Shown: positions 8,623 to 20,081 of the stretch, in pieces
Numbering within the stretch: the first letter of the stretch is position 1
How the letters are laid out: the number at the start of each line of letters is the position of its first letter
Origin: an uncultured Candidatus Binatia bacterium
Lineage (GTDB): Bacteria > Desulfobacterota > Binatia > UBA9968 > CAXXLF01
NCBI GenBank assembly: GCA_965218425.1
Contig: OZ244621.1
Span: 1,824,001-1,888,000 of the forward strand
Length of the DNA stretch: 64,000 nucleotides
Reading direction: 5' to 3'
The notes under the pieces: model-generated
Told to the model about the DNA's origin: nothing
What the model saw: the letters and a program-made list of their open reading frames with translations, nothing else
Database searches by the model: none
Position numbers and translations under genes: made by a program

Positions 8623-9456
8623 ATGAGAAAGCAAATCGGAGAAGTCGTGGTGGATATCTCACCGCCGGAGAAACAAAAATTTAGGTCTCCTGTGATCCTC
8701 GTCCACGGCCTGTGGACCGGAAGTTGGTGTTGGTCCGGCTGGGCCACGCGCTTTTCCAACCTTGGTTGGGAGTGCTGGTCGGTGAACATGAGGGGTCGGG
8801 TTGAAGAGAGCCGTGGAAGGACCGTTTCTCAATTGACCTTTGAGCGGTGCGTAGAGGATCTCAGGGACGTTATTCGTGCTGCCGGACCCAAGGCCGTTTT
8901 AGTGGGCCACAGCTTGGGCGGGATCATGGCCATGGAGGCAGCAGATGATAACAACATCTCGGCACTTATCCTGGTTTCGCCCCCGCTACCAGGCAACGAG
9001 CCCAAGTCCATGGGGCGAAGCCTTCAACTGCTGCGTTTGAAATACTTTTTGCCGGTTGTTCTGCGTTTGCCTATTTGTATCAAGGAGGATGACTTTTCCC
9101 GTCATTGGCTGGGATCTCTGCCGAGGGCTTGCCATGGCGACGTCCTGAGGAGGTTGGTACCGGAGTCCAGTTATTTGGTGCAAAGGCTCTTCAAGCCCCA
9201 GGTCTCCCCGGAGTCGGCGCTAGTAGTTAGGTGTCCAGTTTTGGTAATGGCGGGTATGGATGATCGGGTGGTCCCGGTGGAGGCAGTGCGGCAGAGGGCG
9301 CGACTCTTGGGCGCTGAGTTTAAGGAATATCCCGATCGTGGTCATTGGATGGTGGAGGAAGAGGGTTGGGAGGAGGTGGTGAATGACATTCATCGCTGGA
9401 TTGTTCAGGGGCTCGGGGAAGAGATTCTCCTCGCCGAGTTTCCCGGAAGATCCTAG
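8623..9456 (+). CDS. Alpha/beta fold hydrolase
   Basis: LVHGLW, GHSLGG nucleophile motif, DRVVP, GHW. Confidence 0.9.
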   Translation: MRKQIGEVVVDISPPEKQKFRSPVILVHGLWTGSWCWSGWATRFSNLGWECWSVNMRGRVEESRGRTVSQLTFERCVEDLRDVIRAAGPKAVLVGHSLGGIMAMEAADDNNISALILVSPPLPGNEPKSMGRSLQLLRLKYFLPVVLRLPICIKEDDFSRHWLGSLPRACHGDVLRRLVPESSYLVQRLFKPQVSPESALVVRCPVLVMAGMDDRVVPVEAVRQRARLLGAEFKEYPDRGHWMVEEEGWEEVVNDIHRWIVQGLGEEILLAEFPGRS

Positions 9457-9518
9457 CTCCACGGCACAAGCTGGGACGGGAACTTTACCCCGGGGATGAA
9501 CGTTTCTAAACTAATAAC

Positions 9519-9738
9519 GAGTTCATCAGGATCTAGATAAGTGACGCATCCAGCCACCCTCGGGCCGAGCCCTTCCGAGCGCGGTCAATGGGCCTCTACC
9601 TTGTAGGCCACCACCCCGTCCGCTCCAAGGCCGGCGAAATGCGCCGCCCTGGCCTGAACGTAACCGCTACGTTGCTGTGCCCGCGCTCTTCAGGACTCAC
9701 CCCTCGGTTGCCTTATGGTGGCGCTAATTCGTGAACTC
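9519..9738. repeat. Structured palindromic intergenic element (MITE/REP-like or ncRNA)
   Basis: GAGTTCA/TGAACTC ends, GAGCGCGG/CCGCGCTC stem, three internal hairpins. Confidence 0.45.
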
Positions 9739-9821
9739 CTTGATATGACCGGGTAAGTTGCCCGTGCCTGTTGATCTGTTAGAGTGAGCTGAGTCTACTA
9801 GGGAGTAGTAGCGAAAACCCC

Positions 9822-10559
9822 ATGAACGAAGTGAGTGTGTTGATCGTATTTACCGCCGGGCTTTTTTCGTTTCTCTCGCCCTGTGTGCTGCCGCTTATCC
9901 CATCGTACCTATCCTTCCTATCCGGGGTGTCCTTGGAAGAGATGCGAAGCGGCACCATGCCGGGTGATATTCGCCGGCAGGTGGTTTTAAATTCCCTCTT
10001 CTTTATTTTGGGATTTTCCGTCGTCTTCATTTCCTTGGGTGCTTCCGCCAGCTATCTGGGCGGCCTCTTCGTGGGTTACCGTACTTTCATTCGGACCCTG
10101 GGAGGAATACTGATCACTCTGGTGGGCCTCTATCTCATCGGGGCTTTCAAGGCGCCTTTCTTGGAACGCTACCTACAGTTTAACCTGAAGGGTAAGCCCA
10201 CGGGCTATTTTGGTTCCGTACTGGTGGGAATCACTTTTGCTTTGGCTTGGACGCCTTGTGTGGGGCCCATATTGGGTGCGGTGTTGACCCTGGCGGGCAC
10301 GTCGGCAGAGGTGGACAGGGGAATGTTGCTTCTCGCTACCTACGCGGCGGGTCTGGGGTTGCCTTTTTTCTTGAGCGCTCTGGCGATGAACTCCTTCTTC
10401 CAATTTTCACAGGTCTTTCGGCGATACCTCCGCGCAGTTCACGTGACGGCAGGGGTTCTCCTGTTGATCGTAGGCGTATTGATCCTTACCGATTATTTGA
10501 CGATTTTGAACGCCTATGCCATCAGCCTGACGCCTGAGTGGCTTTTCAATCGACTCTAG
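9822..10559 (+). CDS. ccdA: Cytochrome c biogenesis protein CcdA (DsbD TM domain)
   Basis: SFLSPCVLPLIPSY and WTPCVGPILGAVL Cys motifs. Confidence 0.95.
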   Translation: MNEVSVLIVFTAGLFSFLSPCVLPLIPSYLSFLSGVSLEEMRSGTMPGDIRRQVVLNSLFFILGFSVVFISLGASASYLGGLFVGYRTFIRTLGGILITLVGLYLIGAFKAPFLERYLQFNLKGKPTGYFGSVLVGITFALAWTPCVGPILGAVLTLAGTSAEVDRGMLLLATYAAGLGLPFFLSALAMNSFFQFSQVFRRYLRAVHVTAGVLLLIVGVLILTDYLTILNAYAISLTPEWLFNRL

Positions 10560-10564
10560 CAGGG

Positions 10565-10705
10565 CGCTGAAAAAGACTCATAGGCTTCGTTGCGCTCATT
10601 CTCCTCGCTCTAACGTGGCACCGAAGTACGCTTCCGCTCGTCGAAATTTCGTGCGCCTCGCCTTCGAGATCTTTTGGACCGGCCCGGAAACAGCTTTTTT
10701 CAACG
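10565..10705. repeat. MITE-like element with imperfect terminal inverted repeats
   Basis: CGCTGAAAAAG ... CTTTTTTCAACG; non-coding, between convergent ccdA and eno. Confidence 0.45.
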
Positions 10706-10719
10706 ATCAGGTATAAAAG

Positions 10720-12069
<1,350 letters not shown>

Positions 12070-12085
12070 TCACTTATCTCCAACT

Positions 12086-12460
12086 ATGCCTCCTCGAAAG
12101 AAAAATCGCCCCTGGCTGAGCCTTGCCCTCCTTGCGCTCTTGTTGGGGTTCGCTCTTTTTACCGTCTTTGGCGAACGGGGCTTGCTTCACCTGTGGCGTC
12201 TGTCGGAAGAGAATAAAAGATTGGACGAAAAAAACTTTCGTGTCCATCGTGAGAACGAGATCCTCGGTGACAAAATTAACCGTCTGCGCCATGACAATCG
12301 GTACCTGGAAAAGGTCGCCCGGGAAGAGCTGGGCTTAGTCCGGCCAGGAGAAATCGTTTACCAATTTGCCTCCTCGGGGTCAAAAGAAAAGAGCACTGAG
12401 CCCCTCAAGGAGTCCCTTCCTGAGCCTCCCCCGTCATGGGTACAAAGATTACGCCCGTGA
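12086..12460 (+). CDS. ftsB: Septum formation initiator FtsB/DivIC family
   Basis: TM helix, FGERGL, coiled coil, YLEKVAREELGLVRPGEIVY. Confidence 0.9.
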   Translation: MPPRKKNRPWLSLALLALLLGFALFTVFGERGLLHLWRLSEENKRLDEKNFRVHRENEILGDKINRLRHDNRYLEKVAREELGLVRPGEIVYQFASSGSKEKSTEPLKESLPEPPPSWVQRLRP

Positions 12461-13133
12461 TGGTTTCCACGTGAGGTTCGCCGTCTATCTTAGTCACGCG
12501 GATCAACTTCTGTGGCTTTGGGCTCTCCCCCAGAGGCATCACCAAGCGTCCCCCTTCCCGGAGCTGACTCCATAGGGGTCGTGGAATTTCTTTTGTAGCG
12601 GCAGTGACCACAATCCCGTCAAAGGGTCCTTTCTCCTCCCAACCAAAAAATCCATCGCTTGATTTGACCCGTACATTGCTGTAGCCGAGTCGTCGGAGTC
12701 TCTCTTGGGCGCTTTCGGCCAGGGAAGGAATAATCTCGATCGTGTATACTTCCTTCACCAGAAGGCTCAATACCGCTGCTTGATAGCCCGAGCCGGTCCC
12801 CACCTCCAAGACCTTTTCGTTGCCTTTGAGCTTCAAAAGTTCGGTCATCAGTGCCACCACGTAGGGTTGAGATATGGTTTGACCTTTTCCGATGGGCACC
12901 GGGCGGTCCTGGTATGCTTGGAATCGATGTCTGCTAGGTACAAAGAGGTGACGTGGTACGAGAGACATGGCGCGGAAGACTCGGGGATCACTGATACCTC
13001 GCCGAACCAGGTCTATTTCCACCATCCGTTTTCGCGACTCGGCGTAAACATCTTGAACCTTCTTCTGTACGTGGACAGGAAGTTGAGTGAGCAGAAGGAG
13101 AGGCAAAATGGTCAAGCTACCCAGCATCATCAT
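12405..13133 (-). CDS. pcm: Protein-L-isoaspartate O-methyltransferase (start uncertain)
   Basis: VPRHLFVP, GQTISQPYVVALM, VLEVGTGSGYQAA, FVPM. Confidence 0.96.
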   Translation of the reverse strand: MMMLGSLTILPLLLLTQLPVHVQKKVQDVYAESRKRMVEIDLVRRGISDPRVFRAMSLVPRHLFVPSRHRFQAYQDRPVPIGKGQTISQPYVVALMTELLKLKGNEKVLEVGTGSGYQAAVLSLLVKEVYTIEIIPSLAESAQERLRRLGYSNVRVKSSDGFFGWEEKGPFDGIVVTAATKEIPRPLWSQLREGGRLVMPLGESPKPQKLIRVTKIDGEPHVETITGVIFVPMTGEAQEGTP

Positions 13134-13302
13134 GTTTCCAAAGGGGCAACCGCTGCGGAATATTAAGCAACAACCATTAAGGATTGCCACTGAGCTGTCA
13201 AGGAACGCCAACCTATGTCATTTCCATGAGGGGATTGAGATTATGGGCGGGAAAGAGTATTTTAAAAGATCCGAGATAGTGGTCCTCCCGCATTTGACGT
13301 GA

Positions 13303-13377
<75 letters not shown>

Positions 13378-13584
13378 AAATCTTACCCTTTTAATTCTGC
13401 CGGTCGATAGTTACATCGTTCCAAGGTTGGGTTGATTTCAGTGTTAGCCAATTCAGGTTGACCTTGACTTGCCCACTTCAGAATTGAGTCACGCCTTTTT
13501 TCGATCGCCAATGTTGACAGAACCGTGCCCCTGGGTTATTGGGGGATTGGCCCACCTCGCAAAGTGAATCCAGGAGATCGAGTC

Positions 13585-14667
13585 ATGCACGTCATAGACG
13601 CTGACGCCCACGTTGAAGAATCCGTCGCCACCTGGCAGTATCTCGATCCACGGTTTTACCCCAGGAGACCCATCCCGGTTACATTGCCGCGGGACACGAG
13701 CTGGGGACAGTGGAACGCGGTGTGGCTCATAGACAAGAAAGTGCGCCAATCGGCGGCCAATCCAACGACCATGGAGTTGGCTCAGGGCAAGGGAATCTCC
13801 GTCCCGTCTCAGGAACTCACAAGCGTACCAGCACGGCTCAGGGATCTGGACCTATTCGGAATAGACAAGCAGGTTGTTTATCCGTCCGCCTGGCTTGGAT
13901 GTCTGGCCAAGGACGTTGAGTTAGAAGCGGCCCTTGCTAAAAGCTACAACAAATTTATGTCCAACCAGTGTACTCATTCCGGCGGAAGGCTCATGTACGC
14001 GGCGCTGCTTCCCTTTCGGCAACCACAAACGGCCGTCGAGGAGATTCGTAATGTAAGGAAAATGGGAGGGGCCGTAAGCATCTTTGTCAGGGGGATGGAG
14101 TGGGACATGCCGGTGAATCACCCTTCTTTCTTACCCATCTATGAAGAAGCGGAGCGGCAGAATCTGGCCATAGCCGTGCACATCGGATTTGGTAGCCCCA
14201 CCATCAGTCGGATGTTTGAAGGTCTCGCCAGCTTACCCGATGAAAGGCCTTTCATACCCCCTCGGGGCCGGCTACTCGTTAGTGGGCTGCTAATCCAGTA
14301 CGCTTTCAACGCAATTATCAGCGCGGGTCTAATGGAAGGGTTCCCTAAACTCCGCTGGGTATTTCTTGAGGCAGGTTCCGAGTGGTTGGTGCCAGCGGTC
14401 AGAGCCGTGGCACGTTCGGGTAAACGAGAGATCCGCAAGCACTTCGAGGAAGGGCGCTTGTTTGCATCCTGCGAGCCCGATGAGAACTTGCCTTATTTGA
14501 CCAACGAGTTTGGTGCCGATTGGCTCGTGGTGGCGAGCGACCTGCCACACGCTGATGATTTTCACCACGACCGCCCAGAAGAAGTGTTTCGTCAACGGGG
14601 AGACCTCTCGGAAAGCCTGCTTCAGAAAATCCTCTGCGACAATGCCGTGAGGCTGTACGGCATTTGA
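13585..14667 (+). CDS. Amidohydrolase_2 family protein
   Basis: IDADAH metal motif, AVHIG, FLEAG, ASDLPHAD, DNAVRLY; ATG after AGGAG. Confidence 0.9.
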   Translation: MHVIDADAHVEESVATWQYLDPRFYPRRPIPVTLPRDTSWGQWNAVWLIDKKVRQSAANPTTMELAQGKGISVPSQELTSVPARLRDLDLFGIDKQVVYPSAWLGCLAKDVELEAALAKSYNKFMSNQCTHSGGRLMYAALLPFRQPQTAVEEIRNVRKMGGAVSIFVRGMEWDMPVNHPSFLPIYEEAERQNLAIAVHIGFGSPTISRMFEGLASLPDERPFIPPRGRLLVSGLLIQYAFNAIISAGLMEGFPKLRWVFLEAGSEWLVPAVRAVARSGKREIRKHFEEGRLFASCEPDENLPYLTNEFGADWLVVASDLPHADDFHHDRPEEVFRQRGDLSESLLQKILCDNAVRLYGI

Positions 14668-14715
14668 ATGACGGTTGTTTTGCCATGAAATAAAGTAAGG
14701 AAGGAGCGCAGCGCG

Positions 14716-15471
14716 ATGGCTGGTCGATTGACTGATAAGGTGGCTATCATCACGGGAGCTGCAAGCGGTCAGGGACGGGTGGCGGCAGAACTCTTCGCAC
14801 GGGAAGGGGCTCTATTAGTCTTGGCCGATATGGACAGGGAAGGGTTGGAAGGGATCGCCGCTCATGTGCGCAAAACGGGTGGGGATCCGCAGTTATTCGT
14901 GGGGAACCTCACGGAGGAAGAGGCCAATCGGGCCATGGTGGCGGGGGCCGTGAACCGCCATGGGCGGGTTGACGTCCTCTATAATGCGGCAGGTCTCGTG
15001 CGCATGGGCCCACTCCATGAGACCACCCTGGAAAACTGGCACTTTACTCTTGAGCACGAACTGACCATTAGCTTTCTCGGGTGCAAGTACGCCGTGGGTG
15101 CAATGCTGGAGCACGGTTCCGGCAGTATCGTCAACATTTCGTCCGGTTCTGGAGGAGTTCGAGGGGTTCCCAACCACGCGTCTCACGCGGCCACAAAGGC
15201 AGGCATTGTCGGATTGACCCGCCAGATTGCCGTCGGATACGGACCACTGGGAATCCGCTGCAACGCCATAGCTCCCGGTTTTTTGGTGTATGAGCCCGGG
15301 CAACGCCGCATAGCCTCGCAAACACGTGAGCGCTCGCCGGAAGGGATTCCCCTGAGACGGTTCACCCGTCCGGAGGACACCGCTTATTGTGCGCTGTACC
15401 TGGCATCCGACGAGGCAAGCTACGTTACAGGACAGATGATTGTCGTGGACGGTGGGAATTCGGTAGGTTGA
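14716..15471 (+). CDS. SDR family NAD(P)-dependent oxidoreductase
   Basis: TGAASGQG, NAAG, HAATK (YxxxK variant), GQMIVVDGG. Confidence 0.93.
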   Translation: MAGRLTDKVAIITGAASGQGRVAAELFAREGALLVLADMDREGLEGIAAHVRKTGGDPQLFVGNLTEEEANRAMVAGAVNRHGRVDVLYNAAGLVRMGPLHETTLENWHFTLEHELTISFLGCKYAVGAMLEHGSGSIVNISSGSGGVRGVPNHASHAATKAGIVGLTRQIAVGYGPLGIRCNAIAPGFLVYEPGQRRIASQTRERSPEGIPLRRFTRPEDTAYCALYLASDEASYVTGQMIVVDGGNSVG

Positions 15472-15505
15472 GTTTCCACGCACCGCAGAACAAGGATAAC
15501 AGCGG

Positions 15506-16366
15506 CTAGCGGATAATCAGGACCGGGTCTCCCGAGTGGCGTACCACGCGTTCCGTGACATTGCCCAAGACCCATCGCCCAATTCCTGACCAGCCATGGG
15601 TGCTGATGGCGATGAGGTTATTGGGTGTTTTGCGTGCCAGGTCAATGATCTCACCTGCCGCCTCTCCATCAAGCAGTAGGGATGAAACTTTCAGCCCTTT
15701 TGCCTGTATCTCTTTGACCTTCGTCTCCAGGTAGGTTTCAGCCTCTTTAACAATCTCTTTCGCGATCTTTTTAAACTCAGGGTTGCCTTCTTGGTCCACA
15801 GTGGCGGCCCTGGGCGCAGCCGGGGCGCGCGCCACCACCACTTCCATTTTCATTCTTGCGGCTAGCTCTAGTACGTGGGGCAGTGCTTTTTCAGCAAGAG
15901 GAGAGCCGTCCAGGGGCACGAGGACTTTGCTTAAGGGTTCCTCGCCGCTGGTTTTGCCGTCCGTTTCCCCGCGCAAGAGTAGAAGCGGGCTGGTTGTTGC
16001 GTGCAGGACTTTATCAGCCACACTACCCATCATCCAGCGTTGGATTCCTGACCGGCCACGGGTGGACATGGCAATGAAGGTATCCGGTTGCAAGGAGGCT
16101 TTGTCCACGATAACGTCCGCTGGGTTACCGATCTCGACGGAGGATAGGACTGATTTAGGTTCTCGGAATGAGGTGGCCACACGATTCAAATAATCCGCGT
16201 TGGCCTTGTGTGGATCCGTCTGCCCTTTGGCCGAAAGGGTACTGGGCTCTATGGTTGCCAACAACTCAACAGGAACCATGAGAGCGCCGGCAATGGTGCG
16301 GGCGTAAGGTAAAATAGTTTCGGATAACTGCGATCCGTCCAGTGGTACTAGTATTTTTGAGTACAT
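15506..16366 (-). CDS. Tandem-domain universal stress protein
   Basis: Two KxLVPLDGS domains with GRSGIQRWMMGSVADKV and HGWSGIGRWVLGNVTERV. Confidence 0.93.
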   Translation of the reverse strand: MYSKILVPLDGSQLSETILPYARTIAGALMVPVELLATIEPSTLSAKGQTDPHKANADYLNRVATSFREPKSVLSSVEIGNPADVIVDKASLQPDTFIAMSTRGRSGIQRWMMGSVADKVLHATTSPLLLLRGETDGKTSGEEPLSKVLVPLDGSPLAEKALPHVLELAARMKMEVVVARAPAAPRAATVDQEGNPEFKKIAKEIVKEAETYLETKVKEIQAKGLKVSSLLLDGEAAGEIIDLARKTPNNLIAISTHGWSGIGRWVLGNVTERVVRHSGDPVLIIR

Positions 16367-16534
16367 TGCGCTCGCAAAAAAATGACCGTCCGTGGGTAGC
16401 ATAGCATATGGAATTCAGAGGTCAAAGAGGCGTTCGTTATACCCATAAAACGCAGTGAGGCTTCGACTTCATGACTGCTAACTAACACTGGACGCGAGCG
16501 AACCAAATGGAGTAGAAAGAAGGGGAGGGCTGGG

Positions 16535-16735
16535 TTGATGCCTCTGATGGTTAAATGCCCCCAGTGTAAGGCGGAAGTATCTTGGGACAATAATCCCCAT
16601 CGTCCGTTTTGTTCTGAGCGGTGTCAGCTGATGGATCTCGGAGCGTGGGCAGAGGAGAGGTACCGGATTGCGGGCCGTATTCTGGAGGACGAGTCAGAAC
16701 CGGAGGACGATGATTCCGATGAAAATCTTAACTAG
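16535..16735 (+). CDS. yacG: DNA gyrase inhibitor YacG
   Basis: [27 protein letters not shown], acidic tail. Confidence 0.93.
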   Translation: MMPLMVKCPQCKAEVSWDNNPHRPFCSERCQLMDLGAWAEERYRIAGRILEDESEPEDDDSDENLN

Positions 16736-16749
16736 CCAGTTCTAACCTG

Positions 16750-17523
16750 ATGAGTATTCACTCAACTGCCGTTATTGATTCCCGGGCGGAGATCCACCCG
16801 GAAGCGGACATCGGTCCTTATGTTGTGGTGGAGGGACCGGTTCAGATCGGGCGTGGGACTCGTGTTATGGCACACGCAACTCTGTTGGGGCATACGGAAA
16901 TTGGAGAGCAGAACGAAATACATCCGGGCGCCGTTTTGGGCGATACCCCACAGGATGCGGCTTATAACGGCGAACTCAGCTACCTCAAGATCGGAAACAA
17001 CAACATCATCAGGGAGTCTGTCCAGATACACCGAGGGACAAAACCAGAATCGTCCACGGTTATTGGAGACCAGAATTTTTTGATGGCTTGCTCTCATGTA
17101 GGACATAACTGCAGATTGGGCAACCGGATCGTGATGGCTAATGGCGCTGCGTTGGGCGGTTATGTGGAGGTGGCCGACCAGGTCTTTCTCTCCGCTCAAT
17201 GTCTCGTGCACCAGTTTGTTCGTGTTGGGACCCTTTCCCTGATGCGCGGCCTGAGTGGAACAAGCCGGGATGTTCCACCCTTTTCGATTCTCGACTGGCA
17301 GCATACGGTGCGTGGGGTGAACGTGGTAGGGTTGAAGCGGGCGGGATTTGGTGAAAAGAGGATTCGCGAGATCAGGGAAGCCTTTCGTATCCTATTTCGA
17401 AAGGGAAGAAATCTTTCCCTTGCGGTCAAGGAAGTCGAAGAAAAGTCAAAACCCTCCGCAGACGTGGTAGCCCTTTTGGAATTTATAAAGTCTTCCGAGC
17501 GAGGGATCTGTATTGGCGGTTAG
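16750..17523 (+). CDS. lpxA: Acyl-ACP--UDP-N-acetylglucosamine O-acyltransferase
   Basis: IHSTAVI hexapeptide repeats, PQD, IHRGT, HVGHNC, VHQFVRVG, NVVGLKRAGF. Confidence 0.93.
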   Translation: MSIHSTAVIDSRAEIHPEADIGPYVVVEGPVQIGRGTRVMAHATLLGHTEIGEQNEIHPGAVLGDTPQDAAYNGELSYLKIGNNNIIRESVQIHRGTKPESSTVIGDQNFLMACSHVGHNCRLGNRIVMANGAALGGYVEVADQVFLSAQCLVHQFVRVGTLSLMRGLSGTSRDVPPFSILDWQHTVRGVNVVGLKRAGFGEKRIREIREAFRILFRKGRNLSLAVKEVEEKSKPSADVVALLEFIKSSERGICIGG

Positions 17524-17710
17524 CCCCGATCCGACATTAATGGGCTCGAGAAATCAGCCCTGATGAGCATTGGAGCGTGGCGAAGAGCCGTTTGTATCAT
17601 GAATCGGCAAATCACCATGAGTGTAGTTACGAACTTAGGAGCGAGGTGTGCAATGCCTGTAACACGACCCCAGCATCGCGTATGCCTTGAATATTTTCTT
17701 CGGATCGGGG

Positions 17711-18181
17711 TTAGTTTTCGGGCGGTGATCGTGGTTCAGGGGGTTGGCTCTGTTGCTGCTGACCACCGGGTTGCACAGGAGATGCCATAAAGATAACAGG
17801 TTTTTGACCCTTTAGCTGTGTCGGAGTGATGATGTAGCTGCCGCGCACGGCGGGGTAAATAATTGCAATTGCCACATCACGCCTGCCACCGCTTAACACA
17901 TAGCCCAACCCGCCCGTAAGGAGGCCTAGTCCGGCATAGGTAATTTTGAGGGGACTGTAGACTGTGTTGGCAAAGACTGAACCGACACCATAGCCGATAT
18001 TCTGAGCCTTTTCCTGAGATATTTCGTTGGCCTCACCCTCGGGAACGGGCGCGGGTTCCTCCTCAGGACTGGCGGCGGGTTCTTCTTGAACGGATTGTTG
18101 GCCGACGGCAGGGTTGGGGAGATACAATGCCAGGGAAAAGAGAAGAGCGAAGATCCAAAATCTCCAGTACTCTCTTATCAT
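17711..18181 (-). CDS. Hypothetical exported/membrane protein
   Basis: Signal-like N-terminus, Gly-rich hydrophobic segments; start uncertain. Confidence 0.65.
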   Translation of the reverse strand: MIREYWRFWIFALLFSLALYLPNPAVGQQSVQEEPAASPEEEPAPVPEGEANEISQEKAQNIGYGVGSVFANTVYSPLKITYAGLGLLTGGLGYVLSGGRRDVAIAIIYPAVRGSYIITPTQLKGQKPVIFMASPVQPGGQQQQSQPPEPRSPPEN

Positions 18182-18286
18182 AGGGCGTAATATATCAGAA
18201 TTTACTTTAGCGGTCAAAAGTAATCGGCCGGTCCTTTTTGGGGAAACAACGGGCTAAAAGGGTATAATCGAAGCGTATAATTCGAG

Positions 18287-19393
18287 CTAGCGGGCTTTGA
18301 TACCTACCGCCGCTGGGATGTCTTTCAGCCCGTCGCGCTGGAGCAGCTTGAGTAATCCTCGGTTGATCTTTCTCACCAAGGCCGGACCTTCGTAAACGAA
18401 TCCGGTGTATACCTGGAGCGCAGTTGCGCCAGCGGTGATCTTTTCATAGGCATCTTCAGGGGTGAACACTCCGCCAGAACCGATTATGGGCAGATTGCCC
18501 TGGGTGGCCTGGTAAATATGGCGAATGAGCTCAGTAGCCCGCGCGCTTAACGGTTTGCCGCTCAAGCCGCCAGGTTCTTCCAATCGAGTGATGAGCCTCT
18601 CTCTCAAAAAAGCCGTTGCGTTAGTTGCAATGATGGCGTTTACCCGGTGGGTCTGAAGCACTTCGATTATTTCGTCCAGCTGTCCCAACTCCATATCTGG
18701 AGCAATCTTCACCAGGATCGGCTTTGGATGGGCATTTTTTTGGGTTGCAGTCTCGAGGTTTCTTTCCTGAATCGCTCCAAGCAACTCCTGAAGATAACCT
18801 ATTTCCTGAAGGTCACGAAGGTTTGGCGTGTTGGGGGAGCTGACGTTTAGAGTGAAGTAGTCACCGAAGGGGTAGAGCCTTTCGAAGGTGAAGAGATAGT
18901 CTAAAGCGGCATCTTTGTTCTCGACGACCTTACTCCTCCCGATGTTGATACCAAGAGGTATCCGGGGAAGCGCGCCTTCCTTCTGCCAACGATCCAACCT
19001 TTCACTGATGGCCACCGCCCCCTGGTTGTTGAACCCGAGACGGTTTATCAAGGCCTGATCCTCCGGTAGACGGAATAGCCGTGGCTTCGGATTGCCAGGT
19101 TGTGCCTGAGCGGTTACCGCGCCGATCTCTATGAAACCAAAACCGAACCCGGGCAGAGTTCTTATCGCCACGGCATTTTTATCGAAACCCGCCGCCAATC
19201 CCACTGGGTTGGAAAAGGTCAGGGGACCCAGCCGGACTGTGAGACGCTCATCATCGACTCGACATAGAGGTTGCAGTGCGCCTTGGAGCAGGTTTACATG
19301 AGAAAGAAGTGAAAGAGTCTGTTCGTGGGTTTTCTCCGCGTCTCCCAGGAAAAGGAGCGGACGGAGCAGGCTTTTATAAAACACAATTTCCAT
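18287..19393 (-). CDS. pyrD: Quinone-dependent dihydroorotate dehydrogenase
   Basis: NPVGLAAGFDKN, GNPKPRLFRL, INRLGFNN, NVSSPNTPNLR, GGLSGKPL. Confidence 0.97.
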   Translation of the reverse strand: MEIVFYKSLLRPLLFLGDAEKTHEQTLSLLSHVNLLQGALQPLCRVDDERLTVRLGPLTFSNPVGLAAGFDKNAVAIRTLPGFGFGFIEIGAVTAQAQPGNPKPRLFRLPEDQALINRLGFNNQGAVAISERLDRWQKEGALPRIPLGINIGRSKVVENKDAALDYLFTFERLYPFGDYFTLNVSSPNTPNLRDLQEIGYLQELLGAIQERNLETATQKNAHPKPILVKIAPDMELGQLDEIIEVLQTHRVNAIIATNATAFLRERLITRLEEPGGLSGKPLSARATELIRHIYQATQGNLPIIGSGGVFTPEDAYEKITAGATALQVYTGFVYEGPALVRKINRGLLKLLQRDGLKDIPAAVGIKAR

Positions 19394-19435
19394 ATAGCAT
19401 ACATGCGAAGGTGCATGCCATGCGATACGCCAGAG

Positions 19436-20042
19436 ATGTCAGTTTCATGGGGTCTAGACCTTGCATGGTCTGACAGGAACCCGAGCGGAGTGGCTCACCT
19501 CGTTTTACAAGGCAATGGATGCCTCCTGTTAGAGACGGACCATCTCAGTTCGGATGAAGACATTACCACGCCGGGGCATATCCCGGAAATCGGGAGCGGT
19601 GTGAGCGGCCCATTCGATTATCCGGCAAACTGGCGGCGCAGGGATTTTCCCCAGATCCTTTTCCTCCCTTAAAATGGAGGAGGAGACAACTGGAAATATT
19701 TCCCCACCTGGTTCAGGTGGGGTTTTTCGGTAGGAAGAGGATCATTAAATACAAGAAGGGCGGCATAGATCAAAAAAGGAGCGGCCTCAGGCAACTTCAA
19801 CGTGCGGTGGGGAGGAATCTACCAGCGCAAACTCCTCCACTTCTCCCTTCCCGGTCTCTCCAACGGTTGCTTGAGGAGAAACCACAAAATCTACAGGGCA
19901 GGCGATAAAAGGACTATAGGACAGGGTCGATGCTTTAATGTGTGCCTACATGTCCTATTATTTTTGGTATTGGCGCAAGGGTCGGTGTGAGATCCTAGGC
20001 GATCTCAAGACGAGATACATTATTGGGCCAAAGAATGGATAA
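19436..20042 (+). pseudogene. Disrupted DUF429-like (RNase H fold) gene
   Basis: Fragments in different frames: GLDLAWSDRNPSGVA, EIFPHL..IIKYKKG, DALMCAY..GDLKTRYII; internal stops and frameshifts. Confidence 0.7.
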
Positions 20043-20081
20043 TGTAAGGCCCAAGTCATAGGGACATTCAGCTTCGCCTTA

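Noticed and set aside
9519..9738. RNase P, SRP, tmRNA or 6S identity for the structured element
   Set aside because: GAGGAAAGTCC, GGAAGGAAGCAG and tRNA-like ends are absent on both strands; the multibranch shape does not fit a 6S rod
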